A stretch of 40,261 nt of DNA from Gemmatimonadales bacterium (GTDB lineage Bacteria > Gemmatimonadota > Gemmatimonadetes > Palauibacterales > KS3-K002), in NCBI GenBank assembly GCA_050053635.1, contig JASFTI010000002.1, positions 1-40,261 of the forward strand. Direction: 5' to 3'. A model generated the notes under the pieces. It was not told where the DNA came from, did not search any database, and was given only the letters and a program-made list of their open reading frames with translations. Positions within the stretch are counted from its first letter, which is position 1. Each line of letters begins with the position of its first letter. Positions 8,766-17,787 of this stretch are shown here, one piece after another. The position numbers were made by a program, and so were the translations under genes.

Positions 8766-8999
8766 ATGATGAAATCGCCGAAAACGATGTTCGTCCGGCC
8801 CCTCGGGGCCAGGCTCAACCGCCTCTACCACGACCCCGAGCGTGGGTATCTGGCGGCCGAGGGGGCCCGCGTGCCCCGGACGATCGAGTGGGTGCGCGCC
8901 GTCCAGTGTGGCGACGTCGAGGAGTTCGAGCCCGAGCCCGAGCCCGAGGCCAAGACCGAGACCAAGACCGAGACCAAGACCAAGGGCAAGGGCAAGTAG
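8766..8999 (+). CDS. Small protein with a repetitive EP/KTE/KG C-terminal tail
   Basis: 77 aa, ATG-ATG start in an A+T-richer patch. The C-terminus is encoded by the 6-bp-periodic tract at 8928-8996. Confidence 0.4.
   Translation: MMKSPKTMFVRPLGARLNRLYHDPERGYLAAEGARVPRTIEWVRAVQCGDVEEFEPEPEPEAKTETKTETKTKGKGK
8928..8996 (+). repeat. Hexanucleotide-periodic tract: (GAGCCC)3 GAGGCC (AAGACC GAGACC)2 AAGACC (AAGGGC)2 AAG
   Basis: Read directly from the sequence. In frame with the 8766-8999 ORF. Confidence 0.9.
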
Positions 9000-9011
9000 G
9001 GAGGCCGACAA

Positions 9012-10502
9012 GTGGTGGATTTCGCGACGATTCCAGCGGCGGGCAGCCTCCGAACGCCGTTTCTGTTTCTGGAGATGGACAACTCCCGCGCGGGCTCGCC
9101 GGGCACGGGAGACCGACCGATCCTGATGATCGGCGGACGGACGTCCGCGGGTTCGGTCGCGGCCGGCGTCCTCAAGCGCGTGGCCAGCGATCGAGCCGCG
9201 AGCGGCTACTGGGGCGAGGGATCCATCCTGCACCACATGATGAGAGGCATCCGTGCCGCCAACCAGAACGCCGAGGTCTGGGGCGTGGCGGTCGACGACG
9301 CCGTCGCAGGGGTGGCGGCGACGCAGACGATCACGGTCGCCGGCGCCGCGACCGCGGCCGGGACCGTCGCCCTCTACATCGCTGGGACGCGTATCCCCGT
9401 GGCGGTCGCCTCGGGCGACGCGGCCAACGCGATCGCCACCGCGATCGACGCGGCGATCACCGCGACAGCAGGTCTCCCTGTGACGAGCGCCGCGGTCCCC
9501 CCGGTGGTGACATGCACCGCCAAGAACAAGGGCCTGACGGGCAACCAGATCGACATCCGGACCAACTACCTCGACACGGACGAGGACGTGCCCGGGGTGA
9601 CGGTGACCGTCGCCGCGGGCGTCGCTGGCGCGACCAACCCCGACATCTCGGGGATCGCGGCGCTCCTCGGCGACGAGGAGTTCGATTTCATCGTCCACCC
9701 GTACCTGGATTCGACTTCGCTCGACGAGATCGAAGAGCTGCTCAACTTCACGGCGGGGCGCTGGGCCTGGAACCGGATGGTCTACGGCCACGCGTTCTGC
9801 GCCTACTGCGACACCCCGGGCAATTTGACGACCCTGGGGAACGCGGAGAACGATCCGAACAACACGATCGTCGGGCTCGAGGCCCTGCCGACGCTCCCCT
9901 GGGAGGTCGCAGGGACGATCGTCGGTCGGATCTACCGGAGTCTCTCCGACTCTCCGGCCCGGCCGCTGCAGACCCTCGAGCTCCCCGGCGTCCTGCCGGC
10001 GGCGAAGACGGTGCGCTGGACGCAGGCCCAGCGGAACGTGCTGCTCTTCGACGGGATCTCGACGCTCACCACGGACAGCGCGGGCAAGGTCCGGATCGAG
10101 CGGCTGATCTCGACCTACCAGCTCGATGCTCAGGGGGTGGCGGACGACAGCTACCTCGACGTTTGCACGATGTACACGTCGGCAGAATTCGATCGCCGGA
10201 TCGACGCGCGTATCAGGAGCGACTGGCCGCGCCACTCGCTCGCGAACGACGACACGCCAATCGGTCCGGGACAAGCCGTGACCACACCGCGGCTGCTCAA
10301 GGGTTCGATCGTGTCTGAGTATGGGCTGATGGAGAAGGAGGGGCTCGTCGAGAACGCGGAGCTCTTCGAGCGGGCGATCACGATCGTCCGTCCGCCGGGT
10401 GACCCGAACCGGATCGATATCGAAGTCAACCCGGACTACGTCAACCAGCTCCGGATCGTCGCCATCAAGAACGCGTTCCTGCTCCAGTACCTGGCCGACT
10501 AG
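9012..10502 (+). CDS. Contractile tail sheath protein (Mu gpL-like)
   Basis: 496 aa. The N-terminus FATIPAAGSLRTPFLFLEMDNSRA matches the Mu-type sheath N-terminal signature. Followed directly by the tube gene. Confidence 0.85.
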   Translation: MVDFATIPAAGSLRTPFLFLEMDNSRAGSPGTGDRPILMIGGRTSAGSVAAGVLKRVASDRAASGYWGEGSILHHMMRGIRAANQNAEVWGVAVDDAVAGVAATQTITVAGAATAAGTVALYIAGTRIPVAVASGDAANAIATAIDAAITATAGLPVTSAAVPPVVTCTAKNKGLTGNQIDIRTNYLDTDEDVPGVTVTVAAGVAGATNPDISGIAALLGDEEFDFIVHPYLDSTSLDEIEELLNFTAGRWAWNRMVYGHAFCAYCDTPGNLTTLGNAENDPNNTIVGLEALPTLPWEVAGTIVGRIYRSLSDSPARPLQTLELPGVLPAAKTVRWTQAQRNVLLFDGISTLTTDSAGKVRIERLISTYQLDAQGVADDSYLDVCTMYTSAEFDRRIDARIRSDWPRHSLANDDTPIGPGQAVTTPRLLKGSIVSEYGLMEKEGLVENAELFERAITIVRPPGDPNRIDIEVNPDYVNQLRIVAIKNAFLLQYLAD

Positions 10503-10514
10503 GAGGTGTGAGAG

Positions 10515-10889
10515 ATGGCAGCGTCTACTACAAGGGTCGGGGGCGTGCTCTCATGCATCGTCCCTGGAGTCGGGCCGATCGAGATCGAGGGGGACTTCGA
10601 GATCCAGCCTCTGAGTTGGATCCGTGAGACCGTCACTGGGCAGACAGGTGTCGCTGGTGTGCGGATCGTGCCTGCCACGCCCTACTTCCAGACGACGACG
10701 ATCCTCCGCTCGAGCGTCGATCTCCTCGCGCTCGGAGCAGTCGAGGACGTCGCGATCCAGGTCGACGGCTACAACGGGATCAGCTACGTACTCGAGGGGG
10801 GGTCGCAGATCGGTGAGTTGACAGCGGACGTGATCGCGGGGACATGTCCGCTTCGCTTCGAGGGTCGCAAGATGCGGCGGATCACCTAG
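10515..10889 (+). CDS. Tail tube protein (Mu gpM-like)
   Basis: 124 aa. Strong SD (AGGAGG). Immediately downstream of the sheath gene. Confidence 0.7.
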   Translation: MAASTTRVGGVLSCIVPGVGPIEIEGDFEIQPLSWIRETVTGQTGVAGVRIVPATPYFQTTTILRSSVDLLALGAVEDVAIQVDGYNGISYVLEGGSQIGELTADVIAGTCPLRFEGRKMRRIT

Positions 10890-10904
10890 TCGCCAGGAGG
10901 CGTT

Positions 10905-11282
10905 GTGGCGATCACCCCTGAGATGGCGCGAGGCATGGTCCCGACGGTCGTCTATCCGCCGACCGACTGGGTTCGCGAGCTCCGCCTCAACGTCCCGATC
11001 GTCGTCGGCGGTGAGACCGTCGAGGTGCTCCGCTACGGCCGGCGGCTGGTCGCGGGCGACTTCGTGGCGGCCGAGTTCGATGAGGTGGAGGAAGGCGTCA
11101 CTTGGGTGATCTTCGCGACTCATCGCACGACGGGGCTTCCGTTCTCAGCGCTTTTCCGGGTGGACGCGAGCGATGTTCCCCGGCTCAACCGCGTGATCCA
11201 CGAGTTTTCTCGATCTGGCCCGGCGACTGGAAGCTCCGGCTCGCCGTCGTCGGGCGAGTCTTCCCGGGAGTCGACGTCCTGA
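10905..11282 (+). CDS. Tail assembly chaperone (short, G-like product)
   Basis: 125 aa. SD AGGAGG plus GTG start. Lies directly upstream of the tape measure gene. Confidence 0.6.
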   Translation: MAITPEMARGMVPTVVYPPTDWVRELRLNVPIVVGGETVEVLRYGRRLVAGDFVAAEFDEVEEGVTWVIFATHRTTGLPFSALFRVDASDVPRLNRVIHEFSRSGPATGSSGSPSSGESSRESTS

Positions 11283-11374
11283 GCCTCGACGCCCCGGCTC
11301 TGGCCTTCTGGGAGGAGCGGGTCCGGGATCTGATCGAGCAGGCCCCGGGTCTACTGGGGCTGGTCCGGAGGTGA
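10905..11374 (+). CDS. Putative -1 frameshift-extended tail assembly chaperone (GT-like product)
   Basis: The -1 frame is open from 11102 to 11374 and ends 1 nt before the tape measure start. It has no internal start codon. Third-position G/C preference moves from frame 0 to frame -1 at about 11204-11210 (GTTTTCT). Confidence 0.45.
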
Positions 11375-11375
11375 C

Positions 11376-13325
11376 GTGCCCAAGGCGCAGTACAGCGCGA
11401 GTGCGGTCCTCCATGGCGTGGATGACATCTCTGTCCCCTGGCGAAAAGCTCTCAAACGCGCGGAGCGTCAGGCCGGGCGGAGTTTCTCTCGGATCGAGCG
11501 GGCGGGCATGCGCGCCATGCGCGGGGTCCGACGGGGGATCCGTGGCGTAGGGACGGCCGCTCGCGGGATGGGCCGCGGCATCGGCGTGGCGCGGCGAGGA
11601 TTCGGATCGCTCGCGAAGTACAGCGCTGGGGCAGCCGTCGGGTTAGGGCTCGCGGTCGATCGTGCAGCGGACTTCGAGCTCGAGGTCCAGCATCTCTCGA
11701 ATCTACTCGAGGCAGGCCGCGACCCGATGGCCGAGTTCGGCGGGCAGATCAAGCGCCTGGCGCTCGAGACCGGTTCAGCGCCGATCGAGGTCGCCGCCGC
11801 AGCCTACCAGGCGTTCTCGTCTGGGGTGGAGACGAGCTCGGCGGCACTCGGCGAGTTCCTGCCGGTCGCGCTTCGCGCGGCCAAGGCGGGGCGGACGGAG
11901 CTGCCGACGGCGGTCAAGGCGCTGACCGCCGTCATGAACACGTTCGCCGATACGGGGATCACGGCCAAGGAGGTGGCTGACAAGCTCTTCATCACGGAAG
12001 CGCTAGGTGTGACTGACTTCGATCAGATCGCCAACTCGATCGGACAGGTGGCGAGCTTCGCCAAGGAGATGGGGATCTCGCTCGAGGGCGTACTCGCGCC
12101 CATGGCCTCGATCACGAAGGTGGGGCTCACGACGGACGAGGCGTTCACGCAGCTCTCGTCGATCGTGGCCGGCATCGTGAAGCCGACGAGCAAGGCCGAG
12201 AAGGCGTTGAAGAAGCTCAAGATCCCGTTCGGCGCAGACGCGATCCGCCAGATGGGCGGGATCGTGCCCCTCGTCGAGCGCATTCGCGAGGTGGCGGCGG
12301 AGCGGGGGCCCGGGATCATCACGCAGATCTTCGGCCGCAAAGAGGCGTACAAGGGCATGATCCGCCTCGCAGGCAGCGGCTTCGAGGATCTCGAGACCAT
12401 TTTCGGCCGCCTCCAGGATTCCGCCGGTCGTACCGAGGAGCTATGGAGTAGCCTCACCAAGACGACTGGGTTTCACTTGCAGCAGATCTCAAGTGGCGTC
12501 CACATGATGATCGGCGAGCTCGGGGGCGGCATCGCGGAGGGCCTCGGTCTGGCCGACCTGGCCAACATCCCGGAAGGATTCGAGAAGGCCGGCAAGCGTG
12601 TTCGATCGGCATCGAAGATCTTCGCGGGCGCGTTCCTCGAGGCGATCGCGCCCGGCAAGGGGCTCGCTGACCTCGACTTCGACGCGATGGCCGCTTCGGC
12701 GGGCAAGGCGTTCGGCTCGGTGATTTCGCTGCTCAAGGACCTCGCGGTGCACACGCTCCCGTCGTTGGTCTCGGCGATCGGCGAAGTCGCGGATGCCGTG
12801 TCGTTCGTTGTCGGCGGCGTCAAGGAGCTCCTCGGAATCGAGACGGGGCCGCTTGCGGAGCGGAAGGCCAAGGGCGCCCAGGTGTACGGGGTCGAGGAGT
12901 ATGCGACCGAGGAGACCTTCCAGCGCGCCAAGGCCGGTGAGTATGGGGCCGAGATCAAGAGGCGCGCCGAGGCGGCGGAATCGTGGACCGCGCTAGGGCA
13001 TGAGCGAGAGATGGTCACACGCGAGGCTGCCGAGATCCGCGCCAAAGAGGAGTGGGCCGCAGAGGCAGCGCGTCGCGCTGAGATCTCCCGCATCACGACA
13101 GTGGCCGGTCCGGGGATGGGCGGCTACCGTGCCTACCGGGGGCTGACAGCAGAGATCGCGCCTGTGCCTCGCGGGCTCGCTCCTGCTCAGACCGAGGTCG
13201 GCGGCGAAGTCAAGATCACGATCACCGACAAGACCGGCGCGGACAAAACGGTGTCCGCGGAGGCGCAGACGAAGAATCCCGCGGTGAAGATGACGGCGAA
13301 GGTCGGCAAGCGGCGGGTGGACTGA
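11376..13325 (+). CDS. Tail tape measure protein
   Basis: 649 aa. TP901-type core region (AYQAFSSGVETSS...ALRAAKAGRTELPTAVKALTAVMNTF), Ala/Gly-rich helical repeats. Position after the chaperone gene. Confidence 0.85.
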   Translation: MPKAQYSASAVLHGVDDISVPWRKALKRAERQAGRSFSRIERAGMRAMRGVRRGIRGVGTAARGMGRGIGVARRGFGSLAKYSAGAAVGLGLAVDRAADFELEVQHLSNLLEAGRDPMAEFGGQIKRLALETGSAPIEVAAAAYQAFSSGVETSSAALGEFLPVALRAAKAGRTELPTAVKALTAVMNTFADTGITAKEVADKLFITEALGVTDFDQIANSIGQVASFAKEMGISLEGVLAPMASITKVGLTTDEAFTQLSSIVAGIVKPTSKAEKALKKLKIPFGADAIRQMGGIVPLVERIREVAAERGPGIITQIFGRKEAYKGMIRLAGSGFEDLETIFGRLQDSAGRTEELWSSLTKTTGFHLQQISSGVHMMIGELGGGIAEGLGLADLANIPEGFEKAGKRVRSASKIFAGAFLEAIAPGKGLADLDFDAMAASAGKAFGSVISLLKDLAVHTLPSLVSAIGEVADAVSFVVGGVKELLGIETGPLAERKAKGAQVYGVEEYATEETFQRAKAGEYGAEIKRRAEAAESWTALGHEREMVTREAAEIRAKEEWAAEAARRAEISRITTVAGPGMGGYRAYRGLTAEIAPVPRGLAPAQTEVGGEVKITITDKTGADKTVSAEAQTKNPAVKMTAKVGKRRVD

Positions 13326-14455
13326 TGGCCGATGAGCGTCCCCTCTGGCTACGAGACCTGACCCCCGCGCGGTTCGCGGGCGTCGAGTTCGAGGTCTTCG
13401 GGCATACCCGCGAAGGAGGACGGCGGGGGCCAGATCACGAGTACCCGCAGCGCGACATCGGGATCCCCGAGGATCTCGGCCGCAAGATGGGTCGGCTCAC
13501 CTTCGACGCGTTCGTGATCGGCGAGGACTACCACGCCCGGGCACAAGAGCTGATCGAGGTGCTCGAGGCAGGCGCGGGTCTCCTTGAGCATCCGCGATGG
13601 GGGCTGATCAACGCCATCTGTCGGAGCTACACGGAGCAGGAGTCTGCGCAGGACTCGGGGATGGCCCGGTTCACGCTCCAGTTCGTCGAGGACCTCGGTG
13701 AGGAGGGGCTCTACTCGATCGGAGTCGACGAGCTCGAAGTCGCCGAACGCGCGGCGACGCTTGCGACCGCAGCTCAGGCCGGATTCGCGGACAGGTGGAG
13801 CGTTGCCTTCGGAGGCTACGTGTTCTCCCGTGTTATCGAGCACTGGGCCGAGATCTGGTCTCGCGGAGGGCTCACCGAACTTTCGGTAGGCTATCGACCG
13901 ATCGACCCGACCGATGCGACGATCATCGCAACATCGGTAGCCGCTCTACTGGCCACCGTGACGGACGCCGGAGAGCTTCTGCAGCTAACGCGCCAACGGG
14001 TGGCTGACGGCTACGATCCGGCAAGCCCCCCGCCGACACCTGTCGAGCAGCAGGTCCAGATCAATCGGGACGCCCAGGAGCAGCTCGTCCAGCGCCTTGT
14101 CCTGGGACAGCTCGCCGCCGCGATCGTCGAGGAGGAGTACGACAGCTACGACGAGGCCGTCGAGGCGCGCGACGAAGTCGCTGATCTCATCTGGGCCGAG
14201 ATGGAGTCGGTCTGCACCTATGACGAGTTCGTGGCGCTGGTAGACCTCCGAGCATCGACTGTGGCGACGCTAACGACCGCGGCGCAGGACCTCGCCCGGC
14301 TTCGGACGATCGAGGTGACGACCACGACATCGGCGCTACAGCTCGCCTGGGACATCTACGGGGCCGCGACGCGCGCTGAAGAGATCGTGGCGCGCAACCG
14401 CATCCGTCATCCGCTCTTCGTCGAGCCGGGCACGTACACCGTGTTGGTCGAGTGA
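13325..14455 (+). CDS. DNA circulation protein (Mu gpN / gp43-like)
   Basis: N-terminus ARFAGVEFEVFGHTREGGRRGPDHEYPQRD matches the DNA-circulation N-terminal signature. TGATG overlap with the tape measure gene. Confidence 0.8.
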   Translation: MADERPLWLRDLTPARFAGVEFEVFGHTREGGRRGPDHEYPQRDIGIPEDLGRKMGRLTFDAFVIGEDYHARAQELIEVLEAGAGLLEHPRWGLINAICRSYTEQESAQDSGMARFTLQFVEDLGEEGLYSIGVDELEVAERAATLATAAQAGFADRWSVAFGGYVFSRVIEHWAEIWSRGGLTELSVGYRPIDPTDATIIATSVAALLATVTDAGELLQLTRQRVADGYDPASPPPTPVEQQVQINRDAQEQLVQRLVLGQLAAAIVEEEYDSYDEAVEARDEVADLIWAEMESVCTYDEFVALVDLRASTVATLTTAAQDLARLRTIEVTTTTSALQLAWDIYGAATRAEEIVARNRIRHPLFVEPGTYTVLVE

Positions 14456-15537
14456 TGGCGGCGCTCGAGCGACACCTCGTGGAGCTCCGCGTCGGCGGCG
14501 AGTCCTATCGCGGGTGGACGTCGGTGACCGTGAGCTACGGGATCGAGACCGCCGCCCGGAGCTTCGCCTTCACCGCCACCAGCCCCCCGTCTCAGACAAC
14601 GAGTCCTGTCGGATTCCAGCTCGAGGACCCCTGTGAGGTCTCGATCGACGGTGACCGCGTGATCACGGGCTACGTGGACTCTGTCGAGCCAAGCTATGAT
14701 GCATCAAGCTCGGGAGTCGCCGTGACTGGGCGTTCGCGGACGAAGGACCTCGTCGACTGCTCCATCGTCGGCAAGCGCCGCTTCCGCAACCTTGCCCTCT
14801 CGCAGATCGCAATCCGGCTCTGCGCGCCCTACTCGATCGAGGTGGTTCCGCCGCTGCTGGACGAGGAGCCGATCTCGCGGTTCGCGGCCGACGAGGGCGA
14901 GTCGGTCTACGACGCGATCGAGCGAGCAGCCAGGCTCCGCGGGGTGCTCGTCTACGACGACCCCGAGGGACGCCTCGTCCTCTGGCAGGCGGGCGCGGGG
15001 ATGTTTCCCCTCCGCGAGGGGATCGCTCTCGAGCGCGGGCGCAACGTGCTCTCGGGTCGATGGTCCTTCGATGCCACCGACATCTACACCGAGTACCGCT
15101 GTCGCGGTCAGTCGGTGGGGACTGATGAGGAGTGGGGAGACCTCGTAGCCGGGATCGAGGCGACCGCGACGGACGCCGCCAGCGCACGCCGGCGGGTGCT
15201 CGTGCTCTCGGCGGACTCCTCATTGAGCCGTAAGCGCGCGCTGGCTCAGGCTCAGTGGTCAGCCGCGAATCGGCTCGGCCGATCGACCATGGGTCAGTAC
15301 GTCATCCGCGGATGGCGAGACGACGAGGGCCTAGTCTGGGAGCCGGGCGAGCTTATCCGCGTTCGGGATGCCTTCTGCCGTGTCGATGCGGACATGCTGA
15401 TCACGAGCGTGGATCTCGCCCTCTCCAGCGAGGGAGGGTACACTACGACCCTCTACCTCGCTCCTGAGGCGGGGTACCTACCCCAGCTCCCGGACAATCC
15501 GCGGGCTGGGCTCGGCGCGTGGAGGTCGCCGGTATGA
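14452..15537 (+). CDS. Baseplate hub protein (Mu gpP / gp44-like)
   Basis: 361 aa. Position and length match Mu gp44 / P2 gpD-like proteins. Translationally coupled to its neighbours. Confidence 0.75.
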   Translation: MMAALERHLVELRVGGESYRGWTSVTVSYGIETAARSFAFTATSPPSQTTSPVGFQLEDPCEVSIDGDRVITGYVDSVEPSYDASSSGVAVTGRSRTKDLVDCSIVGKRRFRNLALSQIAIRLCAPYSIEVVPPLLDEEPISRFAADEGESVYDAIERAARLRGVLVYDDPEGRLVLWQAGAGMFPLREGIALERGRNVLSGRWSFDATDIYTEYRCRGQSVGTDEEWGDLVAGIEATATDAASARRRVLVLSADSSLSRKRALAQAQWSAANRLGRSTMGQYVIRGWRDDEGLVWEPGELIRVRDAFCRVDADMLITSVDLALSSEGGYTTTLYLAPEAGYLPQLPDNPRAGLGAWRSPV

Positions 15538-16169
15538 TCAGCGAGATCGAGCGCAGGATCGACGAGGTGCTACGGCCCCTCCGGCTGCGGGTGACAGATC
15601 TCCTCCGGCGGGCGGTCGTCAAGCTCGTGGACGATTCGCCGGCGCAAGGCGAGGTGCAGCTCGCAGGGACCGGGGAGGGCGAGGACCGCGATACGGCAGA
15701 CCGGGTCGAGCACTTTGAGCACTATGGCCTGACGACCCGTCCCCCAGTGGGCTCCGAGGCGATCGTGCTCCACCTCGGGGGGGCATCGGATCATCCGGTA
15801 GCGGTCGCCACGGCCTACCGCGAGGCCAGGCCGCATCCTGATGATCCGGGAGACGTGGTTCTCTGGGACCTCGACGGGCAGCTCATCATGCTCCGGCGGA
15901 CCAAGATCGCGATCATGCCCGCGGCGGGCAACGCGTGTGAGGTCGGTCCAGAGGCGCCGCTCGACCTCCAATCAGTCGCGCGCGTGACCGACTCGACGAG
16001 CTCGACCGCAGTAGAGGATCCCGTATACTGGTTGTGGATTGGCGCGGTCCATTTGGTCGTGAAGCCGCTCTACGAGGCCATCTACGGGGTTGGGAGCATG
16101 CCGCCCTTGCCGGCCGCGCTTGCCGCCCGGATCACGAGCGGGAGCTCCGTGCTCAAGGCGGATTCATGA
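15534..16169 (+). CDS. Baseplate spike / assembly protein V (Mu gp45-like)
   Basis: ATGA overlap start at 15534. The motif HFEHYGLTTRPPVGSEAIVLHLGGASDHPVAVA is typical of gp45/gpV. Confidence 0.8.
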   Translation: MISEIERRIDEVLRPLRLRVTDLLRRAVVKLVDDSPAQGEVQLAGTGEGEDRDTADRVEHFEHYGLTTRPPVGSEAIVLHLGGASDHPVAVATAYREARPHPDDPGDVVLWDLDGQLIMLRRTKIAIMPAAGNACEVGPEAPLDLQSVARVTDSTSSTAVEDPVYWLWIGAVHLVVKPLYEAIYGVGSMPPLPAALAARITSGSSVLKADS

Positions 16170-16633
16170 TCACCAACGAGACCAAGATCTCCCGCGTCTA
16201 CGCGGACGGCCTCGAGTCCGGGCATGCGATCTTCCCCCCGCCGGACGACTGGTCCGGCGAGAGCCTCATCGAACTCGAAGCGGCTGTCGTCGTGTCGCTC
16301 TTCACCGATCGTCGCATCGAGCCCCAGGAGCTCCTTTCGGGAGACGAGGATCGGCGGGGCTGGTGGGGGGACTCATTCCCCGAGACCGTTGGCGACGGGT
16401 GGGGCTCGCGTCTCTGGCTCGGTGACCGAGCACTTCTTGTCGACGGTACTCCCGAGCGGCTCCGGCAATACGTCGAGGACGCGCTCGCGTGGCTGGTCCA
16501 GGACGGCGTCGCGACCGAGGTCGTGGCGGATGTCCGTCGGGAAGGCTCGGCGATCAGCCTCGGGGTCGAGATCCGCCGCGGTAGATCGGAGGATCCCGAC
16601 GTGCTACGCTACGCATACGCCTGGGAGGTGTGA
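16166..16633 (+). CDS. Baseplate protein, Mu gp46 family
   Basis: ATGA overlap start at 16166. Signature AVVVSLFTDRR...DRRGWWGD...GSRLWL...ALAWLVQDGVA. Confidence 0.85.
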   Translation: MITNETKISRVYADGLESGHAIFPPPDDWSGESLIELEAAVVVSLFTDRRIEPQELLSGDEDRRGWWGDSFPETVGDGWGSRLWLGDRALLVDGTPERLRQYVEDALAWLVQDGVATEVVADVRREGSAISLGVEIRRGRSEDPDVLRYAYAWEV

Positions 16634-17787
16634 TGCCCGACTCAGGATTCGCGGTCCCTACGCTTGAGGACGTCGTCGACCGGACGACGGCCGACGTCGA
16701 CTCCCACGTACCCGGAGCGGACGCCAAGCTCCGGTATCGTCCGCTCCGCGCGCTGGCGCTGACTGAGGCCGGCGCGAGCTGGGGGCTCCATCGATTCGCC
16801 GCCAACATCGCCTGTGAGATCTTCCCGGACCTGGCCTCTGAGGCGGGGGTCGTCCGCTGGCAGCAGATGCTCGATCTGGCCGACGTCGTGCCGGTCAAGG
16901 CCACAGGCTCGATTCTGTTCTCGGGCTCGGTGGGGGCTTCGGTGCCGACCGGCACCGAGGCGCGGCGCAACGATGGCCTGATCTATCTCGTGGACGCGCC
17001 CGGTGGCGTGATCGGCGGCGGAGGGACGGTGACCCTCGCCGCGACCGCCGAGGAGGAGGGCGAGGACTACGATTCGACCGCGGGTCAGGCGCTCACGCTC
17101 ACGAGTCCTCTATCAGGAGTGGACTCGGCGTGCGAGGTCGGCGCAGGGGGGTTCACGGGCGGGGTCTCGGAGGAGACCCTGTCCGCACTTCGCGGACGAG
17201 TGCTTGACCGGCTCTCCGAGCCACCGCAAGGCGGAGCGGTGGCGGACTTCGTCGCCTGGACCAAGGCCGCGTGCGCCAATGTGCGCGAGGTCTGGGTCAG
17301 CCCGAACGAGCCGCTCTTCGGCGAGATCACGATCCGATTCATCGTCGACCCGGCAACTGGTCTGCCGGTGGACGCGATTCCATCGGCTGGGCAGGCTCAG
17401 GCGGTGCGCGACTATATCCGCGGGACCGCGAGCTACGACCCCCCGTATCACGACGCGGTCTCGCCGGCGCCGCTCATCGGGGACCGCATCAACATCGCGA
17501 CGAGCCCGCATCTCGCGGCGCAGGCCGTCACGTTCGAGATCACGAGCCTCGACCCTGACACCGCCGACGTCCGAACGGCCATCGAGGAGGCCGTCGACGC
17601 GCTCATGCTCCAGCGAGCTGAGCCAGGGGGCACGATCAAAGTCTCACAGGTGATCGGAGCCATCGTCGCGGCTCCAGGCGAGGAGAGCCACGAGCTCACA
17701 GCGATCGACGGCGCGCCGCCCGCGGACATCGTGATCGGCGCCAACAGCTACCCGGTGCCCACCCGGCCCTTCACCTACCTGCCCTGA
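16633..17787 (+). CDS. Baseplate J-like protein (Mu gp47)
   Basis: About 384 aa, TGATG overlap. Length and position match Baseplate_J family proteins. Confidence 0.8.
   Translation: MPDSGFAVPTLEDVVDRTTADVDSHVPGADAKLRYRPLRALALTEAGASWGLHRFAANIACEIFPDLASEAGVVRWQQMLDLADVVPVKATGSILFSGSVGASVPTGTEARRNDGLIYLVDAPGGVIGGGGTVTLAATAEEEGEDYDSTAGQALTLTSPLSGVDSACEVGAGGFTGGVSEETLSALRGRVLDRLSEPPQGGAVADFVAWTKAACANVREVWVSPNEPLFGEITIRFIVDPATGLPVDAIPSAGQAQAVRDYIRGTASYDPPYHDAVSPAPLIGDRINIATSPHLAAQAVTFEITSLDPDTADVRTAIEEAVDALMLQRAEPGGTIKVSQVIGAIVAAPGEESHELTAIDGAPPADIVIGANSYPVPTRPFTYLP

Noticed and set aside
8604-10274. 556-aa minus-strand ORF, the longest antisense ORF in the track
   Set aside because: It is antisense to the well-supported sheath gene. 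It is Arg/Gly/Asp/Pro-rich low complexity with no SD. Long open antisense frames are expected at this G+C content.
8888-10318. 476-aa plus-strand alternative-frame ORF, with a similar one at 18875-19810
   Set aside because: Arg/Gly/Asp-rich out-of-frame readings of the sheath and fiber genes. Not independent genes.
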